Assembly (NCBI RefSeq): GCF_006345805.1
Contig: NC_042998.1
Coordinates: forward strand, 185,132,001-185,196,000
DNA: 64,000 bases
Direction: 5' to 3'
Source: Octopus sinensis
Lineage: Eukaryota
The first letter of the stretch is position 1. Each line of letters starts with the position of its first letter. Made by a program: the position numbers and the translations under genes. Below the pieces are notes generated by a model. That model was not told the origin of the DNA. It did not search any database and was given only the letters and a program-made list of their open reading frames with translations. This document shows positions 54,864 to 64,000 of the stretch, piece by piece.

Positions 54864-55139
54864 TAATATGAATATATATAATATATATAGAATATATATA
54901 TAATATACATATATATAATATATACATATATATATAATATAAATATATATAATATACAATATATATAATATAAATATATATAATAAATATATATAATATA
55001 TACAATATATATATAATATAAATATATATAATATATATATATATAATATATACAATAATATATAATATAAATATATATAATATAAATATATAATATATAC
55101 AATATATATTAATATAAATATATATAATATATACAATAT

Positions 55140-55175
<36 letters not shown>
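54790..55175. repeat. Nearly pure A/T low-complexity minisatellite
   Basis: Direct. Confidence 0.95.
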
Positions 55176-55177
<2 letters not shown>

Positions 55178-56624
55178 CACAAAGATATTCTTCGTACATT
55201 CTTTAAACATAGTCAGATTTTTCAAAGATGCTTTTTGCAGTAAAGAACAAACCTTCAAAAGACAACAAATATTTTTTTTATATAAAAGATATAAAAATAA
55301 AAGGAAGAAAAAAAAACAAAACACCCGTGAGAAAATTGTTCGATTCAATGTATTTGGCAAATCATAAATTTAAATAGAATAAAATAGAATGAAACAGAAG
55401 AAGAAGAAAAAAACAGAAAGAAATTTAATGAAATTTAACAGATATAAAACATTCAGCGTGCGTATGTGCATTCAGAGAGCTATGAATCACGGTAGTGAAA
55501 GGATAAGGCTTTTGCACATTGCTTACCCATTGTGCATCACCACAGTTGGTTTGGCAACGATTCCAATGGTTGCAGTTCAAGTAATATATCGACGCTACTG
55601 CTGACCTGGCTTGTCAATCATCGGATCAATAGATGAGAAAAGCAGAGAATAGCACAGTTTTTCCTGTAGCCAGAGCGATTTCCTATCAGAAGCAAGCCGC
55701 CAGAACCGGATATAAACGATGGCCTTTTCAGAGACCTCCTATAGAAAATGGTCTACTAAATATTGTGTCCCGTTTTCTATGGAAGCAAAACCAAAGCAAT
55801 ATCGAAACGACTGCAATGTTCGCCGATCATTCTATACACACAGTAGCACTCGCATGAACAGACTAAATGAAAATAAAGCGAGCTACAAATAATACACACT
55901 ACAGATCTATATAACGTTAGAAAAGTTGAAGCGGTGGTGTATAAAAAAAAAAGTGTTTACCAATTCAAGAGTGGGAGGCGAGAGAGAGAGAGAGAAAGAG
56001 GGAGATACAGAAAGAGGGAGAGAAAGGGAAGTTGTTGGATGATAGTGGAGTAGAGAAAGGAAATCAGAAGAGAATTGAAGAGGAGGAGTGGGAAGAGAAA
56101 AAAGAAAGCGAATGAAATATTTTCATTCACACGCGAATAGCTTTTATTCAGATATCTTTATTTCGCATAGGTGAAAATAATGATGATAATAATGATGATG
56201 ATCCTCATTCATCTCTCTCTTTATCCTCATCATCATAATCATCATCATCATCACCAATATCAACATCACTATCACAATCAACAGTGTTATTATTATCGTT
56301 ACCTAGTTGGAGGTGTTATTATCATTTTTACTTGAAGTGTTTGGTTACTCTACGCTTTGAGTTCAAATCTTTCCAAAGTGTATATATACTTCGTAGGAAA
56401 GTTTGTAGACTACATTTTTACCTCCAAGTTATATGACCTTTTTCCTCAGTTGCAAATCATTATTATCAGACAGTAAAAGTAATTACTTTAATCATTTACC
56501 TTTTCTCTACTAATTAAATAACTTCTCATTAATTCTGAATAAACAATGGTCTTAACAATAGTATTCAGGTACAAAATTTGTATATAACTTGGCAATAGTT
56601 GCACCAATATTTTGTGGGTGTACT

Positions 56625-57095
56625 AAGGCGGCAATCTGACAAAAACTTTAACTTGCCAGGTAAATTGCTTAGCGGCATTTCGTCTGTCCTTACCTTCTAA
56701 GTTCAAATTCTGCCGAGGTCGACTTTGCCTTTCATACCATGGGAGTCGATTAAATAAGTACCAGTTGATCACTTATATAGATATAATCGACTTATCTCTT
56801 CCCTCGAAATTGATATCCTTATGCCAGAAAGCGGTTAGCTAGCAGAAACGTTAGCACGCAGGGCGAAATGCGTAGACGTATTTCGTCTGCCGTTACGTTC
56901 CGAGTCCAAATTCCGCCGAGGTCGACTTTGCCTCTCATCCTTTCGGGGTCGATAAATAAAGTACCAGTTACGCACTGGGGTCGATGTAATCGACTTAATC
57001 CGTTTGTCTGTCCTTGTTTGTCCCCTCTGTGTTTAGCCCCTTGTGGGTAGTAAAGAAGTAGAAATTGATATCCTTGTGCCAAAATTTGAAGCCAA
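56625..57095 (+). mobile_element. Family B SINE with a family C SINE (56827-57060) inserted in its tail
   Basis: ~21-bp TSD GAAATTGATATCCTT(A/G)TGCCA at 56806-56826 and 57061-57081. Confidence 0.88.
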
Positions 57096-57831
57096 TATTT
57101 TGTGTATGTACAGGTTATGCTCAGCAATTTAATTTGTGTGACATATACTTACAGGGCAAGTGTTTGAAGCTGATATGTTAATCCTAATTGAGAGTTACAA
57201 AGGGCCATTATTACAATTAGAATTATTTAGACTTTCATTAACAACCCACTATTCCAATATTTTTAGCCATATGTTTAATTTACATCGTCATTATTATCAT
57301 CGACACCACCAAACATGAATATCATATAAAATGTGATATTCAAATTCGGTGGTACAAATAAATTTTACATAAAAAGATTTTATTTGCCCGGTCGTTAAGA
57401 ATGATGAGAGGTTTGTTGTTTCAGTAAAGAGAAACTGAGGAGGGAATATGGTATGAACTCTTGAAGGGGCACTGACTTGGTACATCGAACCATTACGTGG
57501 CGTATGCGCAAATTTAAAACTCGTATTTGTGCCTCCACTATCGCATTCATATTCCGTTGCATGTACCAGACTACTGCCGTTGCTCTTCTTCCGACACCAT
57601 GCTTCCACGCTATTGCTCATCCCCTTACATAACTACACTGGATAATCTCGACCGATACGGTATGTTACACGCAGCATAGTAAGTACGCCATTTTCTAAAC
57701 GCGTTCACGACATTACCACTGCGTTGATGTTCAATTGCAGGGAATTATTGATTAGCCGGTTGGACCACATCTTTGGACCCCAATGTCCAAAAGGGCATGA
57801 AATCACTGACAAAAATAAATATTTCAATCTT

Positions 57832-58272
57832 GGATCTTTTCGGTTTGAACGGCAGTTTTTTCTAGCGGTGTCATATGAAATTGTCACCCATAAGTATGAC
57901 CTTAGTATCGATCTATTGCATTTCAATCTATTTTAGGGTTAGGGTTATAGTTAGGGTTGGTTAGGGTTAGGGGTGGGGGGAAGGGTATCTTTTTTTCTTC
58001 AGAAATGTAAATAAACCCAATCTGTTTCTTAAACGAGGGACATATTCTTACGGCACAGAATGTTTTCACCTCAATAGACGTCATTGATTGGTTGAAATTG
58101 CAGAAATTGAAGAAAAAAACAACAACAAATATCTTACAAACTATAGAATTTTCTCAATAAAGCCAAGAGAAAAAGATGTTTTATTAACACATTCTACCAG
58201 TATACGAAGTTTAAAAGTGTTTAGTTACGTGGAAATTATTTTAAAAAACTGCCGTTCAAACCGAAAACATCC
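57832..58272. mobile_element. MITE with GGATC TIRs, copy 3
   Basis: 8-bp TSD TCAATCTT; internal (TTAGGG)n-like tract. Confidence 0.9.
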
Positions 58273-58649
58273 TCAATCTTTATTATTAGGAAATTATCAA
58301 AGGAAAATGAATGAGAAGACTAATTTTTGGATATGCATTAAACTTGTAGATTTTCAGCTTCGTACTTTGTCTTGCAACAGCTAGAGCATATATCAGAGAA
58401 ATACGCAATGAGTAATTGTTGATACGAACGCATGGAGCAGTTTGAAAATAATATGAGTCTAACTCATATTGATAAAACTTTTACCAGGAAACGCGTTGAA
58501 TGTTCATTGCTTTCGGAATTAAAAATTCTTGAGGCCCAATTAAGTGTCTCTTAATAGCTTTAGTTTTCCTTCAATATTTTTTTCAAATTCCTTATTTTTC
58601 TCTTTCTCTCTTCCCCCTCTCCTTTATCACAGTCGCAATCTCTCTTTTT

Positions 58650-58707
<58 letters not shown>

Positions 58708-59482
58708 CTCCTTCTCTCCGGATAACAGGCGCTGGTTTCAGTCCTTATTGTGAAAGCAAGATGTTAAAGGCCTTTGAGGTTTCGGCAGACGTGATGATGG
58801 TGACGACAACGACTACGCTGTTGATGATGATGTTGATGATGATGGTGCATTTACTGACAGAGTGTATTAAATAAGCTAAAAAGAACTGAAACGTGGTTCT
58901 AGTCGTGTTTGTTTCTGCTTCGTACAGCAAGCTCTATTGACCCACTGACACTGAGTATGTGCTTATTAACGTTTAAACGGCGAACACCGTCAACTGATGT
59001 TTCAGAATTTTATATGAATACTGCCAGTATGAAACGAAATTGAATATTTTACGGCACTTTCGATAGTGGGATTGCAAATTTTATTGTGCGAGAGACTAAC
59101 AATTATTATAATTTTTGTTCTTATTTAAAGTGAAAATAGGTAAAAAAAAAACAATTATCCTTAAGAAAAAGAAATATTTTAATTTTTTTGTATTTTGTCC
59201 GTTTGATATGCATTCATGCAAACCTTTACTCACCGCTTAAGAATTAAATGTACGTATGTGAACTTACTCACATATGTACATACACACGTTGTCTCAGTTC
59301 CTTACTTATTCTGTTCTATTTTATACTTTCTGCCAACGAATGTACTGATATGCAAATAAGTAAAACCGGTGTCTGCAACTGTGTGTACAGTGTTATATAT
59401 ACATATATAGAGAGAGGGAGAGAGAGAAAGAGACCAAAGTGTACGTACACCGCTATATATATATATAATATATATATATAAT

Positions 59483-59518
<36 letters not shown>

Positions 59519-59614
59519 CATAATAGAAAATGGGACAAGAACGTAAAACATCCGGACAGTTAGGTGATACAAAAATGAGACAACAAAACATCAATGACCC
59601 GTCCTTGTTTTCTT

Positions 59615-60395
59615 TGTAAAGGCAAAGTCGACCTCGGCGGAATTTGAACTCAGAGGGTAAAGACAGATGAAATACCTATTTCTTTACTACCCACAAGGGA
59701 GACAAACACAGAGGAGACAAACAAGGACAGACAGACGGATTAAGCCGATTATATCGACCCCAGTGTGTAACTGGTACTTAATTTATCGACCCCGAAAGGA
59801 TGAAAGGCAAAATCGACCTTGGCGGAATTTGAACTCAGAACGTAACGGCAGACGAAATACCGGTAAGAATTTGGCCCGGCGTGCTAACGTTTCTGCCAGC
59901 TCGCCACCTTATGGCAGACGAAATACCTATTTCTTTACTACCCACAAGGGGCTAAGCACAGAGAGGACAAAAAAGGACAGACAAACGGATTAAGCCGATT
60001 ATATCGACACCAGTGCGTAACTGGTACTTAATTTATCGACCCCGAAAGGATGAAAGGCAAAGTCGACCTCGGCGGAATATGAACTCAGAACGTAACGGCA
60101 GACGAAATACCTATTTCTTTACTACCCACAAGGGACTAAACACAGAGAGGACAAAAAAGGACAGACAAACGGATTAAGTCGATTATATCGACCCCAGTTC
60201 GTAACTGGTACTTAATTTATCGACCCCGAAACGATGAAAGGCAAAGTCGACCTCGGCGGAATTTTAACTCTGAACGTAACGGCAGACGAAATAAGGCAAC
60301 GTATTTCGCCCGGCGTGCTAATGTTTCTGCCAGACGGACGAAATACCACCAAGCAATTTCCTCGGCGTGCTAACGATTCGGCCAGCTCGCTGCCT
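59615..60395 (-). mobile_element. Family B SINE with three nested family C units
   Basis: B head at 60332-60395, B body at 59615-59676; orphan 15-16-nt target duplicates. Confidence 0.88.
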
Positions 60396-60889
60396 TTGTA
60401 GGGTGCATAATATAAGAAAATAATTCAATATCGCGTTCAGTAAACTGAAGGTGGAAATACAGTAAAACGTTTTTCTTTTTGTTTTGTTTTTTTTTTCTTT
60501 TAAGGACAAATAAACTATAAAGAAACAAGCTTTGCAAATCCACTCTGGATAAATCTGGCGAATTTGATGACGTGTTTCATTTGAAGAAATGGAAAATGAT
60601 TGGCTGTTGACCTTTGTCACTGCTAATAACATTTGCGGTGGGTGTGGGTTGACGCTTGTCGCTAGTTAACAAGATTAATTCTAATCCTCCATTATATGCA
60701 AAAAGACGACCAGCGGTGAGCCATAGAACGTTTCGCTGATCTCTTTCTAATAATCTTCGATCTTAACGCCTCTTCAACTATCACTTTCAATTACCACAAT
60801 CACGACCGCTGTCACCATTACCGTCGGCGAATTCATATTCTCACCAAAGTACGCATTTATCTCATTCTCTCATTTCTCTCCTTCTCTCC

Positions 60890-60897
60890 CCGTATAC

Positions 60898-60953
<56 letters not shown>

Positions 60954-61074
60954 GTATATGTATATATATATATGTATATGTATATGTATGTGTGTGAGTG
61001 TATGTATGTGTGTATGTATGTATGTATGTGTGTATGTATGTATGTGTGTATGTATATATATGTATGTGTGTATG

Positions 61075-61106
<32 letters not shown>

Positions 61107-61165
61107 GTATGTATCAATGTGTGTATATATATGTGTGTATGTATGTATGTATCAATGTGTGTATA

Positions 61166-61198
<33 letters not shown>

Positions 61199-61516
61199 AT
61201 GTATATGTATGTATATATATGTGTGTATATATATATACATGCATGCACATGCTCTGCATGCATGCTTTCTTTTTCTCTATCTATCTCTCTTTCAAATACG
61301 CGCGCACGCAAGTGCACCATGCGCAGCTTACAGTTCACCTGACCATTTTAGTTTCCTTGAGGAAATCTTCCATTTCACCCCTAAATTCATTTTGCTTTGT
61401 TTTATATAAAAAGAAATGTTTCCTGTATTTAATTTTTTTTCTCATCATTATTATTATTTCTTCTCTTCCATTTTTACCTTTTAAGTTTTTTGGGCTCGTC
61501 TTCCTTCTACTTCTTC

Positions 61517-61585
<69 letters not shown>

Positions 61586-61601
61586 GTTGTTGTTGTTGTT
61601 G

Positions 61602-61632
<31 letters not shown>

Positions 61633-61735
61633 ATTTTCCCTCTTCTTCCTCTTCTTCTTGATCCCTTTCTTCGTCATCATCTCCTTCATCATCATCATCA
61701 TAGTCATCATCGTCATCATCATCATCGTCATCACC

Positions 61736-61766
<31 letters not shown>

Positions 61767-62010
61767 CTACCATCATCACTACCATCATTATCTTCATCTT
61801 TTGTCTGCTGCCGCAGCTGCTGCTACTCTTAATGTTTCTTTTGTTTTGCTTCTTTTTCATGTGGAATTTATTCAAATGCACCCAATTTTCAGAGTTTCAT
61901 CTCTCTCCCTCCCTCCCCCTCTCTCCCTCTCTCCCTCTCTCTTTCATTCACTCTCTTTCTCTCTCTCCATCTATCTATCTCTCTCTCACTCACTCTCCCT
62001 CCTCGTCTTA
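60890..62010 (+). repeat. Compound microsatellite block (TA, TATG, CTT, TAT, GTT, CAT, CT)
   Basis: Direct. Confidence 0.95.
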
Positions 62011-62794
62011 TTCACTTTCTAGTACCTTCCTATATATCACTATCTCCCCTTCTGTTCTCTTTCCTCAAATCACCCAAAATGTTTCTCCTTTATTCTTATA
62101 GCTTCTCTCTCCTCTCTCCCTCTCTCCATCTTCCTCTCTCCATCTTCTTCTCTCCCTCCTTTCCTCTCCCCCCCTCTCTCTCTTTCTCTTTTTTTCTCTC
62201 TCTCGAGCTTGCGCACGCACATCTTCCCTTTGGAGAAAGAGCCTCCTGTGTCAATGCGATGCGGTTCTTTCGTTTGTCGTCATGAGAACATTTTCCGCGC
62301 TAACATCGCGCTGCCGTACTCCGCCTCCGCCTCCACCGTTCATCACAAGATTCTGTTATTAAATTGCTTCTGACACAGATGCTGTCTGCTTGTGGTGACA
62401 TCTGCCGGCTGTTGACTAGTGACAAGGGCGGTGAATTACGTGTTGACATCACATCCGTACCGCGACCGTCAGCTTGACGCGTATTGCTTGATCGACATTC
62501 GTGTTTTTATTTATATTTTATTTTATTTTTATTTTAAATTCGATGTGAAAAAAGAAAAACAAAAACTACACATAAACAACATAAACAAATACTTAAAATA
62601 TAAACAAAAACAACAAAAATGCAGAGAAAATATATAAAATTAAACGGAAAGGAAAAGTAAAACAATGTTTCCTGGATGGCAAGTTTTGTGCAGGGTCGAT
62701 GCTTAACGATGAGGAGGGTGCGTGAAATCGGGCATGAAAAGGGGCTGTTAGGGTTGACGGTGGAATAAAATCGCGAAAAGCATACGTACAACAT

Positions 62795-62941
62795 TCACCT
62801 TAACACACACACACACACACACACACATACACACGCACACACACACACGCACGCAAAAACTGCACGCACGCACACACACACATATACACACACACTTGCA
62901 AAATTGCACACATGCATACGCACTCTTGATACATTCTCCAT

Positions 62942-62990
<49 letters not shown>

Positions 62991-63419
62991 ATAAAATTGC
63001 ACGCACACACACAGACACATACTTGCAAAATTGTGCACATGCATACACTAGCTTGACACATTCTACTTTTCACGCATACACACACACACACATATACACA
63101 CATACTTGCAAAATTGTACACATCCATACGCACTCTTGATACATTCTCCAGAACACGCATACACACATATACACACACGCAAAATTGCACGCAAGCAAAC
63201 ACACGCAAAACTGCACGCACACACACAGACACATACTTGCAAAATTGTGCACATGCATATCCACGCTTGACACATTCTCCTTTTCACGCATACACACACA
63301 TATACACTCACACATATACACACACACTTGCAAAATTGCACACATGCATACGCACTCTTGATACATTCTCTATAACATGTATACACACACACACACACAC
63401 ACACACATACGCAAAATTG

Positions 63420-63456
<37 letters not shown>

Positions 63457-63845
63457 ATACTTGCAAAATTGTGCACATGCATATCCGCGTTTGACACAGT
63501 CTCCTTAACACGCATACACATACACACATTTACACATATACACACACACTTTCAAAATTGCACACATGCATACACACTCTTGATACATTCTCCATAACAC
63601 GCATACACACATACACACACACGCACAAAATTGCACGCACACACACACACACTCTCTTGCAAGATTGCTCAGATGCACACCCGCGCTTAACACATTCTCC
63701 TCATCATGCATACACACACACATACACATACTCACACATATACGCACACGCTTGCAAAATTGCACACATACATACGCACTCTTGATACATTCTCCATAAC
63801 ACGCATACATACATACACACACACACACAAAACTGCACGCACACG

Positions 63846-63882
<37 letters not shown>

Positions 63883-64000
63883 TTATACGCACTCTTGATA
63901 CATTCTCCATAACACGCATACACACATACACACACACGCTTGCAAAATTGCGCACATCCATACACTTCCTGACATATTCTCCTTAATACGCACACACGCA
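62795..64000 (+). repeat. Complex satellite with alternating conserved blocks and CA spacers
   Basis: Recurring CTTGCAAAATTG..CATGCATA..TTGA(T/C)ACATTCTCC..ACGCA blocks; period ~200-225 bp; runs off the window end. Confidence 0.9.

Noticed and set aside
55633-55900. Overlapping short ORFs in unique sequence
   Set aside because: No recognisable motif or convincing splice sites; the lengths are expected by chance.
57297-57620. 107-aa minus-strand ORF
   Set aside because: No recognisable domain; it cannot be supported without a search.

Overview
AT-rich, repeat-saturated eukaryotic DNA, most likely intronic or intergenic sequence from an octopus (inference from the tRNA-derived SINE families and the very high microsatellite density). 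I recognise no host protein-coding gene; nearly all ORF-track entries are translations of simple repeats. Recognisable content: (1) a young, 5'-truncated Penelope-like retroelement (RT C-terminus plus GIY-YIG, Naiad-like) present as a ~4.3 kb head-to-head inverted pair, each arm carrying a hammerhead ribozyme; (2) several more short Penelope-type terminal fragments with hammerhead folds, including apparent G3-C8, U3-A8 and A6U core variants; (3) at least three tRNA-derived SINE families, one of which forms tandem arrays with a recurrent junction inside its own head and TSD-like footprints, suggesting self-targeted insertion; (4) relics of a Helitron Rep/helicase, two DD37D (maT) transposons, a mariner, two restriction-like-endonuclease LINEs and a CR1/L2-like LINE, plus several MITEs, including three copies of an 8-9 bp TSD MITE carrying TTAGGG repeats; (5) a dimeric higher-order satellite at the 3' end. 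All calls were made by eye, without database searches.
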